Shown: positions 1 through 8,729 of the stretch, in pieces
Layout of the letters: each line of letters begins with the position of its first letter
Position numbering within the stretch: the first letter of the stretch is position 1
Source of the DNA: Breznakibacter sp.
Lineage (GTDB): Bacteria; Bacteroidota; Bacteroidia; Bacteroidales; Marinilabiliaceae
Length of the DNA: 58,685 nucleotides
Reading direction: 5' to 3'
NCBI GenBank assembly: GCA_018055415.1
Contig: JAGPHP010000001.1
Span: 1 to 58,685 of the forward strand
Position numbers and translations under genes: made by a program
The notes under the pieces: model-generated
Databases searched by the model: none
Told to the model about the DNA's origin: nothing
The model's input: the letters and a program-made list of their open reading frames with translations, nothing else

Positions 1-1949
1 CTATTAAAGAGCACGATGCCGAGATAGAGCAAATTTGCAATAGCACCGTTGCCGCTTCTTTTGCCAACACCGTTTTAGCCTTCGATAAATCGGGCAACAA
101 ATTGAGCAGAGTCCGTAGTATCTTCTTTAATCTAAACGAAACCGATACTAACGACTCTATGCAATCCATCGCTCGTGAGGTAACACCGCTACTTACCAAT
201 CATGCCGATAATATTGCCCTTAACGCTAAGTTATTTGCACGAATCAAGCAGGTATATGACAATCGTTTAACCAGCAATCTCGACTCATCGCAAATTCGTG
301 TGACCGAGAAATACTACAACGATTTTAAGCAGCGTGGTGCTCTTTTATCCGATTCAGATCAAACTATTTTAAGAGGATTAAACGAGAAACTGTCATCTCT
401 TACGCTCCAATATGGCGAAAATTTATTAGCCGAAACCAATAAGAACTTCCAACTCATCATCGACAAAAAAGAGGATTTAGCAGGGTTACCCGAGTCGGTT
501 ATCGAAAGTTCGGCTGCCGATGCTAAGGATAACAATCTCGAAGGCAAATGGCTTTTCACACTTCAAAAACCAAGCTGGATACCATTTTTAACCTACTCTA
601 CCCGCCGCGATTTACGCGAAAAACTCTACAAAGGCTACTACATGCGTGGCGATAACAACAACACTAACGACAATAAAAAACTGGTGGTTGAAATTGTAAA
701 CCTACGCGCACAAAAAGCCAAATTACTTGGTTACGATAACTACGCAGCCCTTGTTATTTCAGATAACATGGCCAAAACAACCACCAACGTTACCACATTC
801 CTCGAAAAAGTAATGCCTCCTGCCCTTGCCGTTGCTAAAAAAGAGCGCGCCGAAATGCAAGAGATGATTAATAAAGAGGGCGGCAAATTCCAGTTAGCAT
901 CCTGGGATTGGTGGTTCTACTCCGAAAAACTACGTAAAGAGAAATACGACCTCGACGAGTCGCAATTAACTCCCTATTTCAAACTCGAGAACGTGCGCGA
1001 AGGAATGTTTTGGGTAGCCAATCAACTTTATGGCATCACCTTCGAAAAACGTACCGATTTACCTGTTTACAACAAAGAAACCGAAGTTTTTGAAGCTAAA
1101 GAGAAAAATGGTTCACATCTAGGAATCCTCTATCTCGACTACCATCCTCGTGCCAGCAAGCGCGCTGGAGCTTGGCAAACCGATTTCCGCACCGCTGGAG
1201 CAACCATTACAGGCGAACGTGTAACACCGGTAGTCTCAATAGTTTGCAACTTCACAAAGCCAACTGCCACCACCCCATCGCTTTTAACGTGGGACGAAGT
1301 TGAAACCCTTTTCCATGAGTTTGGCCACGGCTTACATGCCCTTTTCACCCAAGGCCATTACAACCGCACTGCAGGCGTAGTTCCGCAAGATTATGTAGAG
1401 ATGCCATCGCAAATAATGGAGAACTTCTGTTCCGAGCCACAAGTGATGCAACATTACGCAAAACATTGGCAAACGGGCGAAGCAATTCCAACCGAGCTCA
1501 TCAACAAACTCAACAACAGCAGCCAGTTTAACCAAGGCTTTGCCACCACCGAGTACCTTGCCGCTGCCCTCTTAGATATGGATTGGCACACCCTAACAAC
1601 CGCCGATAACATTCAGGATGTTAACGCTTTTGAGACCAAAATGATGGATAAAATTGGGCTAATTCCCGAAATACTTCCTCGTTACCGTTCAACCTATTAC
1701 TCGCACATTTTCGATGGCGGCTATGCGGCGGGCTATTACGTGTACATCTGGGCCGAGGTGCTCGATGCCGATGCCTTCGAAGCATTTGTCGAAAGTGGTA
1801 ACATCTTCAATCCTGAGTTAGCTGCCAAATTCCGCAAAAACTGTCTGCAAGAAGTTGGCGAGGGCGAAGGCATGGATCAATACCGCAAGTTCCGTGGCAA
1901 AGATCCCGTTATTGAGCCACTTTTAAAACGACGTGGATTGCTTAATTAA
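1..1949 (+). CDS. dcp: M3-family peptidyl-dipeptidase (Dcp-like), 5' partial
   Basis: The reading frame is open from the window edge (codon phase starts at nt 3), so the track Met at 102 is internal. It has the HEFGH zinc motif (TLFHEFGHGLH) and an M3A-like sequence throughout. Confidence 0.85.
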   Translation, partial: IKEHDAEIEQICNSTVAASFANTVLAFDKSGNKLSRVRSIFFNLNETDTNDSMQSIAREVTPLLTNHADNIALNAKLFARIKQVYDNRLTSNLDSSQIRVTEKYYNDFKQRGALLSDSDQTILRGLNEKLSSLTLQYGENLLAETNKNFQLIIDKKEDLAGLPESVIESSAADAKDNNLEGKWLFTLQKPSWIPFLTYSTRRDLREKLYKGYYMRGDNNNTNDNKKLVVEIVNLRAQKAKLLGYDNYAALVISDNMAKTTTNVTTFLEKVMPPALAVAKKERAEMQEMINKEGGKFQLASWDWWFYSEKLRKEKYDLDESQLTPYFKLENVREGMFWVANQLYGITFEKRTDLPVYNKETEVFEAKEKNGSHLGILYLDYHPRASKRAGAWQTDFRTAGATITGERVTPVVSIVCNFTKPTATTPSLLTWDEVETLFHEFGHGLHALFTQGHYNRTAGVVPQDYVEMPSQIMENFCSEPQVMQHYAKHWQTGEAIPTELINKLNNSSQFNQGFATTEYLAAALLDMDWHTLTTADNIQDVNAFETKMMDKIGLIPEILPRYRSTYYSHIFDGGYAAGYYVYIWAEVLDADAFEAFVESGNIFNPELAAKFRKNCLQEVGEGEGMDQYRKFRGKDPVIEPLLKRRGLLN

Positions 1950-1974
1950 CAGATAAAATTACGTTATATCAAAA

Positions 1975-2002
1975 GGGCGGCTTATGTAGTCGCCTTTTTT
2001 TT
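1975..2002 (+). terminator. Intrinsic terminator after dcp
   Basis: ggcggc/gtcgcc stem (one G-T pair) with loop ttatgta, followed by a T8 run about 25 nt after the stop codon. Confidence 0.6.
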
Positions 2003-2012
2003 ATAAACATTG

Positions 2013-2100
2013 GGGGTGCCGGCAAAAAGGGCGCTTCATTCATTCATCCATTCACAACCATACTCGCAGTCACCTTACAATTGGCCCTTTTTGCCGTCGG
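2013..2100. repeat. GC-rich long-stem element, copy A (inverted relative to copy B at 49497-49585)
   Basis: Perfect 13-bp arms cggcaaaaagggc (2020-2032) and gccctttttgccg (2084-2096) enclose a 51-nt loop. The arms and both flanks match the element at 49501-49576. Confidence 0.6.
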
Positions 2101-2270
2101 GCTTTTGCCCATAGTCCTCGCACGGCCAACTACCTTCACCTCCGAGTTCACTTCACCTCTTTAGCCTCTTTATTTTGGCCGTGCTGTGGGCTATTTGGCG
2201 GCAATCCCTCACCCACTTCACGCCGAAACCCTTAATGAATTAGAGAACCTTGCCGCTCAGAGCCAAAAAA

Positions 2271-2506
2271 CCACCCCACCCTGCGGGCACCCCTCTAATG
2301 GAGGGGATGGCTATTGTAAATTCCTACCATAGTACTAATTACCTTTCTTATCGAGACTAACATCATTACAAAAAGACTGTATAATAACAATCCAAACACT
2401 AAATTATTCCTACTCCAAAACCATCTAGCTAAAAAATTTCCACTCAAATAAAACATCTCCAAGAGCCATCCCCTCCTCCGGAGGGGTGTCCGACAGGACG
2501 GGGTGG
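2271..2506. repeat. Element bounded by ~42-nt imperfect inverted repeats around a 151-nt AT-rich, G-poor core
   Basis: 2271-2312 (ccaccccaccctgcgggcacccctctaatggaggggatggct) matches the reverse complement of 2464-2506 (ccaccccgtcctgtcggacacccctccggaggaggggatggct). Each arm also contains its own cccctc(c)/(g)gagggg hairpin. Confidence 0.6.
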
Positions 2507-2616
2507 TTAAAATCCTTAAGAATTCCCTTTCGCTTATCCCAACTCACACACCTCACCACATCATAGTAGCATCACACTCATTTACTCACACCAATACACG
2601 CATAATTAAAAGAGTA

Positions 2617-2796
2617 AATTAAAGCGACGGGGGCTTGTAGCACTGCAACGCCTCGTCGCTTTAATTAGAAACCCTCCTGCAGCAATGCGAGAGGGTTTCT
2701 CATTAAATTATTTGTTGCTTTTGCCCTGCAGGAGCCTTTCGCTAAACAGAGAAACCTTGTTGCAGTCCTGCAAGAGGGTTTCTAATTAAAGCGACG
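2617..2796. repeat. Nested, mutually exclusive palindromes
   Basis: aattaaagcgacg occurs at 2617 and 2784, with its complement at 2654. gagggtttct occurs at 2691 and 2774, with its complement at 2667. 2654-2676 is the perfect 23-nt reverse complement of 2774-2796. Confidence 0.7.
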
Positions 2797-2970
2797 GTTT
2801 GCTGCAGTGCTACGGCAACAAAACTCCCTCTGTTTCTCACTCCTCAAAATTTTTAACACCACTTTTCGACTTCGTTTGAAATAAAATAGTAACTTAGATA
2901 CACTAACAAATCAGCACTTAAAACCTTAAACAACCCATTTTTAAACATCCCTAGTTTAAGAAAACATACA

Positions 2971-5388
2971 ATGAAGAATCAAGATAAAACCAAAGAGGAG
3001 CTCATTATTGAGTTGCAAGAGTTACAGCAAGCCTACAAGCTCTTAAAACTCTCATCCGAAAAGGAGCTCCGTGAGCGTGAAATAACCGATGAAGCGTTAC
3101 GTGAAAGTGAGGAACGCTTTAAAGCTTTACATAATGCATCTTTTGGTGGTATTGGCATTCACGATAAAGGCGTAATTCTCGAATGTAATCAAGGCCTTTC
3201 TGACATGACGGGATATTTAACCCAAGAGCTAATAGGTATGAATGGGTTACTTCTTATTGCACCCGAATCACGCGATTTGGTTATGCATAACATCGTTAGC
3301 GCTTACGAAAAACCCTACGAAGCCATTGGTCTTCGCAAAAATGGCCAAACATTTCCTATGCGTTTGGAGGGAAGAAACGTGCCCTACAAAGGAAAAATCG
3401 TACGAACCGTTGAATTTAGAGACATAACAGATACCAAAAAAGCCGAAGAGGCATTACGTAAAAGCGAAGCCATTAAAAACAAAATGCTCTCAAATATTGG
3501 TGATGTAGTGGTTATCATCGATAAAAATGAGGTGATTAAATACAAAAGTCCCAACATTGAGCGGCTGCTAGGATGGAGCGATAACGAATTAATAGGTAAA
3601 GACACATGGGATAACATTCATCCTGAGGATATTGAACTTGGCAAAAAATTTATACAAAACCTCGCCTTAGAACCAAATAGCATTGGAACTGTCGAAATAC
3701 GCTATAAACGTAAAGACAACACCTACGTTTGGATTGAGATATCTATTATTAATCTTCTTAATGACCCGGATATTCAAGGCTTTTTGGGCAATTATCATGA
3801 AATAACTAGTCGTAAAAGTGCCGAACAAGAACTCCTAAAAGCCAAAGAGATAGCCGATGCCAACAGTGCCAATCTAACAGCAATCATTGAGGGTACTGCC
3901 GATAACATCTGGGCTTTCGACCGCAATTTTAAGATACTTTATATCAACCAAGCGTTCCAGCGAGAATTTTTCAACACCTTTGGAGTACTTCTTGAACCAG
4001 GGGTAAGTCTTATTGAAGCACTACCCGAACCTTTCAAACCCATCTGGATTCCTCGCTATAAACGAGTCCTCCAAAACGAACAATATACCATTGAAGATGC
4101 TATTAATACCGAAAATGGGACCATCTATATACAAGTTACTTTTAATCCCATTGTCTCCAACGGAGAGGTAATTGGTGGATCCTGTTTTGGAAGCAACATA
4201 ACCGCCAGAAAACAGTCAGAAAACGATCTTATCAAAGCTAAAGAGCTGGCCGAAGAGAGCGACAAACTTAAAACCGCCTTCCTGTGTAATATGAGTCACG
4301 AAATACGCACCCCAATGAATGGCATTCTGGGTTTTGCCGATTTGCTTAAAGAGCCATCTTTATCGGGAGATAAACAGCAAGAATACATCAGCATTATTGA
4401 GAAAAGTGGAGTTAGGATGCTCAACATTATCAACGACATTATTGACATCTCCAAGATTGAAGCAGGACTGATTAAGCTCGAAGTAAAAGAGTCTAACATC
4501 AACGAGCAAATTGAATATATCAACACATTTTTCAAACCAGAAACCGATACAAAAGGGTTAACTCTATCCTTTAAAAATCCCTTATCGGCAAAAGAGGCTA
4601 CCATTAAAACAGACCGCGAAAAGCTCTATGCTTTGCTAACTAATTTGGTTAAAAATGCAATTAAATACACCAACCACGGAAGCATAGAATTTGGCTACTT
4701 TCCAACGCCTAAAGAAAAGCCCTATCAGCCAAATTCTCTAACATTCTATGTGAAAGATACAGGAATTGGAATACCCAAGAATAGACAACAGGCAATTTTT
4801 GAGCGTTTTGTACAAGCCGATATTGGAGACACAATGGCACTACAAGGTGCTGGGCTCGGATTAACAATTACGAAGTCGTACCTCGAAATGCTGGGTGGAA
4901 CAATTTGGGTTGAGAGCGAAGTCGGTGTTGGATCAACATTCTATTTCACCCTTCCCTATAATACACAATCTCAGTTAGACATTATTTTCGAAAATGATGT
5001 GGATGTGAAGGACGTTACTCTATCAAAACTAAAAGTATTAATTGCCGAAGACGATGAGATTTCGCGTTCACTAATTACCATTAATCTAAACAAAATAAGC
5101 AGTGAGATACTTCTCGCCAAGAATGGTATTGAAGCTATAGAAATATGCCGCAGTAATCCATCTATCGACCTAGTATTGATGGATATACGCATGCCCGAAA
5201 TGGGCGGATATGAAGCCACTCGCGCCATCAGACAGTTCAATAAAGAGGTTGTTATTATTGCGCAAACTGCCTTTGGCCTATCAGGCGACAGAGAAAAAGC
5301 TATTGATGCAGGATGCAACGACTACATCTCAGAACCAATTAATAAAGATGAGCTATTGAGTATAATTCACAATTATTTCAAATCGTGA
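2971..5388 (+). CDS. PAS-domain hybrid sensor histidine kinase with a C-terminal receiver
   Basis: 805-aa ORF with an N-terminal coiled coil and repeated PAS-like blocks. It has an H-box (MSHEIRTPMNGI), HATPase motifs (LVKNAIKYT, DTGIGI, GAGLGL) and a receiver domain (LIAEDD...LVLMDIRMPEMGG). Confidence 0.9.
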   Translation: MKNQDKTKEELIIELQELQQAYKLLKLSSEKELREREITDEALRESEERFKALHNASFGGIGIHDKGVILECNQGLSDMTGYLTQELIGMNGLLLIAPESRDLVMHNIVSAYEKPYEAIGLRKNGQTFPMRLEGRNVPYKGKIVRTVEFRDITDTKKAEEALRKSEAIKNKMLSNIGDVVVIIDKNEVIKYKSPNIERLLGWSDNELIGKDTWDNIHPEDIELGKKFIQNLALEPNSIGTVEIRYKRKDNTYVWIEISIINLLNDPDIQGFLGNYHEITSRKSAEQELLKAKEIADANSANLTAIIEGTADNIWAFDRNFKILYINQAFQREFFNTFGVLLEPGVSLIEALPEPFKPIWIPRYKRVLQNEQYTIEDAINTENGTIYIQVTFNPIVSNGEVIGGSCFGSNITARKQSENDLIKAKELAEESDKLKTAFLCNMSHEIRTPMNGILGFADLLKEPSLSGDKQQEYISIIEKSGVRMLNIINDIIDISKIEAGLIKLEVKESNINEQIEYINTFFKPETDTKGLTLSFKNPLSAKEATIKTDREKLYALLTNLVKNAIKYTNHGSIEFGYFPTPKEKPYQPNSLTFYVKDTGIGIPKNRQQAIFERFVQADIGDTMALQGAGLGLTITKSYLEMLGGTIWVESEVGVGSTFYFTLPYNTQSQLDIIFENDVDVKDVTLSKLKVLIAEDDEISRSLITINLNKISSEILLAKNGIEAIEICRSNPSIDLVLMDIRMPEMGGYEATRAIRQFNKEVVIIAQTAFGLSGDREKAIDAGCNDYISEPINKDELLSIIHNYFKS

Positions 5389-5413
5389 AAGTATCTAAAC
5401 AACATGTCTTTAA

Positions 5414-7441
5414 TTACGGCACCAACTTATTATCCAACATCCTATTGTTATACTGCTGAATAATGGCCTTTACCAACTGCTCATCATCGTTCAATGGGGC
5501 ATCAAGTGGTAGTTTACTCTTCTGAAATGGGTCGTTTTTTAAATCGTAAGCCCCCACCCTTTTTTTGCCATCAAACTCAAAAAGAGTATCGTTTTTTATA
5601 AGTTGATAATTCTCGTTAATATAGGCTATCGCAAAACCGCTTTGAACCGTATCTATCAACGATTTACCAAATGCGCTAAAAGTTCCCTTGTAATGAAGCA
5701 TATTTAAAACCGTTGGCATAATATCAATCTGCTGAGCCGTTTTAGGGTTCATTTGTGGGGTAAGCGTGCCATCAGGCGTATAAAAAATAAGAGGAATAGC
5801 AAAAGCGTTGGCCGAGGTCATATACTCCTCAAACTGAGGCAGTGTACTATGGTCGGCTGTGATTACAAAGAGGCTGTTTTTAAACCAAGCGGTTTTCGAA
5901 ACTGTTTCAAAATATTGCTTTAAAGCATAATCGGTATAGGCAATTACTTTGCACACAGGTATCTTACCATCAGGAAATTTGCCTTCATATCGTTCAGGAA
6001 CCTTAAATGGATGGTGAGACGAAACCGAAAAGATGGAGCTAAAAAATGGCTCTTTCATCTTACTCTGCTCGCGAGCCAAAAATTGAAAAAACTCCTCATC
6101 CCAAATACCCCACATGCCATCAAAATCGGCATCATTGCCATACTCGGTTTTGCCATAATACTTCTCAATCCCAGCAATTTTAGCAAAGGCCGAAAACCCC
6201 ATTGATCCATTTGGCGCTCCATGAAAAAAAGAGGTTTCATACCCCTCAGCTCCCAATATAGAGCCCAAACTATTAATCTTGTTTCCCGAATACTCCGAAA
6301 TCACATAGGGATAAACTAACGACGGTACCGACGCTAAAATTGAAGGCATCCCATCTATCGATTTTCGTCCGTTAGCGTACGCATTCGGAAAAACCAAACT
6401 ATGTGCAATAAGCGAATCCAAAAATGGTGTATATCCCTTGTATTTACCATTGTCGAGCCCTTTATTTAATGAACCAAAAAACTCGCGACTATAACTCTCC
6501 AAAATAATAACCACCACATTTTTTTTAACCATAGCTGTCGTATCAGCAAAAGTGGTTATGGGAGTGTAAACGGCCTCTAACTCTTTTTCATCTTTAAAAA
6601 AGCTATAGCGCTGAAACGATTTAACACCTACCGTTCGGATGATACTAAATGGGGTATTTAACACCACCGCCACTTGGTCGGGAGCCTCCACGTAATCGGC
6701 TGCATTACTTAACGTTATAGGGCGTGTACTGTGGGCAAAACCGCCTCTTACACCACCAACCGCTAGTACTGCTACACCTACAAAAATGAGCAGACTTGTT
6801 ACATAATAGTGCCATTTTTTTCGGAATGCAATGGGCTTTGGAATAATATGACCATAAAGCCGTACCATCAATAACCACACGCCTATAATGATAATGGCTA
6901 CAAACCAGTAATCATAAACAAATCGGAAAAAGAGTTTAAAAAGATTGGACTCGTTTTCAATAATTGAGAAAACCGATGTGGTGGTTCGTTTTAGGATAAA
7001 TCGATAATAGATAATATCTGCCCCATTCACCAACACGCCTATTCCATTAACAATTAAAAAGATATACTTCAAAACAGTTTGATAAATGGAACTGTATTTA
7101 AATGGCAATGGCAATAGTCCAAAAACCAACAACGGCAAATTGAGGTAGATAAGTGCGCTTAAATCAAAAACTAAGCCTCCCCACAACGCCACCATCAAAC
7201 CCGAAAAGGTAAAAGGCGAAAAGAGTGAGGTATTAAAGAGATAAAAAACTATTCGCATCAACGAATATAGGAGCATCATACCACCAAAAAGGCGCATATA
7301 AAACAGATACTCATTCATTGAATGATACTTACGTTTATTAAACTGATTTCGGAATAGTTGCAACATACCTTTTAAAAATATTTTTTTTGAGTCAATATAG
7401 TTATGTATCTCCTTTAAATTGGACATACTGTTTAGAATCAA
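5414..7441 (-). CDS. LTA-synthase/sulfatase-family membrane phosphotransferase
   Basis: 675-aa ORF with multiple N-terminal TM helices and then an alkaline-phosphatase-superfamily domain (VVVIILESYSREF, SVSSHHPF). The exact start is uncertain because there are several early Met codons. Confidence 0.8.
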   Translation of the reverse strand: MILNSMSNLKEIHNYIDSKKIFLKGMLQLFRNQFNKRKYHSMNEYLFYMRLFGGMMLLYSLMRIVFYLFNTSLFSPFTFSGLMVALWGGLVFDLSALIYLNLPLLVFGLLPLPFKYSSIYQTVLKYIFLIVNGIGVLVNGADIIYYRFILKRTTTSVFSIIENESNLFKLFFRFVYDYWFVAIIIIGVWLLMVRLYGHIIPKPIAFRKKWHYYVTSLLIFVGVAVLAVGGVRGGFAHSTRPITLSNAADYVEAPDQVAVVLNTPFSIIRTVGVKSFQRYSFFKDEKELEAVYTPITTFADTTAMVKKNVVVIILESYSREFFGSLNKGLDNGKYKGYTPFLDSLIAHSLVFPNAYANGRKSIDGMPSILASVPSLVYPYVISEYSGNKINSLGSILGAEGYETSFFHGAPNGSMGFSAFAKIAGIEKYYGKTEYGNDADFDGMWGIWDEEFFQFLAREQSKMKEPFFSSIFSVSSHHPFKVPERYEGKFPDGKIPVCKVIAYTDYALKQYFETVSKTAWFKNSLFVITADHSTLPQFEEYMTSANAFAIPLIFYTPDGTLTPQMNPKTAQQIDIMPTVLNMLHYKGTFSAFGKSLIDTVQSGFAIAYINENYQLIKNDTLFEFDGKKRVGAYDLKNDPFQKSKLPLDAPLNDDEQLVKAIIQQYNNRMLDNKLVP

Positions 7442-7453
7442 ATCTACAAAAAT

Positions 7454-7640
7454 ACACCGTAGGTGTAACCTAATAATAACCTCCGGTTTTCACCGGAGGA
7501 TAGCACATGAATTAACATCAACTCTGTAGGAGTTGACTTATTAAGCCGCTTTTAGCTCAACTCTTACAGAGTTGTATGTTTTATTTATCTTGTTCCCCCA
7601 GATAAATCTGGGGGTTATTTTTGGACAACACCTACGGTGT
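7454..7640. repeat. Symmetric cluster of six short GC-rich palindromes
   Basis: Hairpins lie at 7454-7466, 7480-7499, 7519-7535, 7558-7574, 7595-7614 and 7628-7640. The first and last are exact reverse complements of each other, and the third and fourth match in reverse complement at 16 of 17 positions. Confidence 0.7.
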
Positions 7641-7756
7641 TATGTTTATTTGCATCAATCGGATAATCTCTTCAAAACAATAAGTTGAACATTATTACAT
7701 GCTCATTACATAAGTCATTAAAAAAAAACGTATTTTTTTAAAAGGTAGCGGCAAAG

Positions 7757-7789
7757 TCCCTCTCCCTTGGAGAGGGATTTAGGGTGAGG
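7757..7789. repeat. Hairpin plus G-rich tail motif (tccctctcc-ctt-ggagaggga-tttagggtgagg)
   Basis: 9-bp stem followed by a GGGTGAGG tail. The design is the same as the arms at 2271-2312 and 2464-2506. Confidence 0.5.
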
Positions 7790-7832
7790 CCTTTTTAAAA
7801 TTACGATATTATTTCACTCTCATCACATTTTA

Positions 7833-8726
7833 TTATTGTCGTAGTAATTTCTGTGTTAATATTTCACTATTAATCAAGTGATGTGGCAACAAACTTACAT
7901 CACTTACACGAGTTGGGCAAATATCTATTCCCCCTCTGCGTGTATAAATGCAGGTTACACCCAATTTTGATGGTTTATAAGCGTCCAGAAGTCGTTTGTA
8001 AATCATCTCGCACACCTCTTCGTGAAAATGGTTCTCATTTCTAAACGATACCAAATATTTCACCAACCCTACCTCATCGATACCAAACTCACTCTCGAGC
8101 GATATAAAAACAGTTCCCCAGTCGGGTTGTTCAGTTATTTTACAATTACTTCGTAAAAGATTTGATTTTACCGAGATAGATTTAGCCCCCGAAAACGATA
8201 TCATCAAATTGGAGGGGCTCTCTTTAAAATCGACAAAAAACTCCTCCTCCAGATCGAGCGAATCCTCTAAAAGCGTGTATCCCTCAAAATCAAACGGAAC
8301 ACTTCCTATCTCTAACACAAAAATTTGACATTCAACACTCCCCCCAACAATAGGGTTTATATCTTTAGCTATTAGCTCTTTAACTAACTCTATTGAGGTT
8401 AAAATACTCTTATCAAAACGGACATTATTTAACGAGTTTAGATAGAGTTTGAGCGATTTACTCTCCACAATATTAGGGGTATCTGATGAATAGACCAGCT
8501 TTAAAACCCCATTAACGGGCAATCCATTTTTGGTTAAAAAACTAACTTCGTAGCCATGCCACACATCGTATCCCACAAATGGTAAAGCTTCATTTTCGAG
8601 ACCATATTGTCTGCGATTTAAGATACGGGGTACTGCCACCAAAATCGAAGGATCGTAACTTTGTGGAAAGGCAACCGTTTTACCCAAAAGTTTCCCTTCA
8701 GGACTATTCAAATTCTCATTTATCAT
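7833..8726 (-). CDS. queF: NADPH-dependent 7-cyano-7-deazaguanine reductase, two-domain type
   Basis: 297 aa with the QueF signature E-S-K-S-L-K-L-Y. Its start lies 3 nt downstream of the queE stop. Confidence 0.9.
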   Translation of the reverse strand: MINENLNSPEGKLLGKTVAFPQSYDPSILVAVPRILNRRQYGLENEALPFVGYDVWHGYEVSFLTKNGLPVNGVLKLVYSSDTPNIVESKSLKLYLNSLNNVRFDKSILTSIELVKELIAKDINPIVGGSVECQIFVLEIGSVPFDFEGYTLLEDSLDLEEEFFVDFKESPSNLMISFSGAKSISVKSNLLRSNCKITEQPDWGTVFISLESEFGIDEVGLVKYLVSFRNENHFHEEVCEMIYKRLLDAYKPSKLGVTCIYTRRGGIDICPTRVSDVSLLPHHLINSEILTQKLLRQ

Positions 8727-8729
8727 CTC

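Noticed and set aside
2313-2463. Invertible promoter inside the IR-bounded element
   Set aside because: I found no TAnnTTTG box in either orientation within the core and no adjacent recombinase. It is kept only as a low-probability alternative under the corresponding finding.
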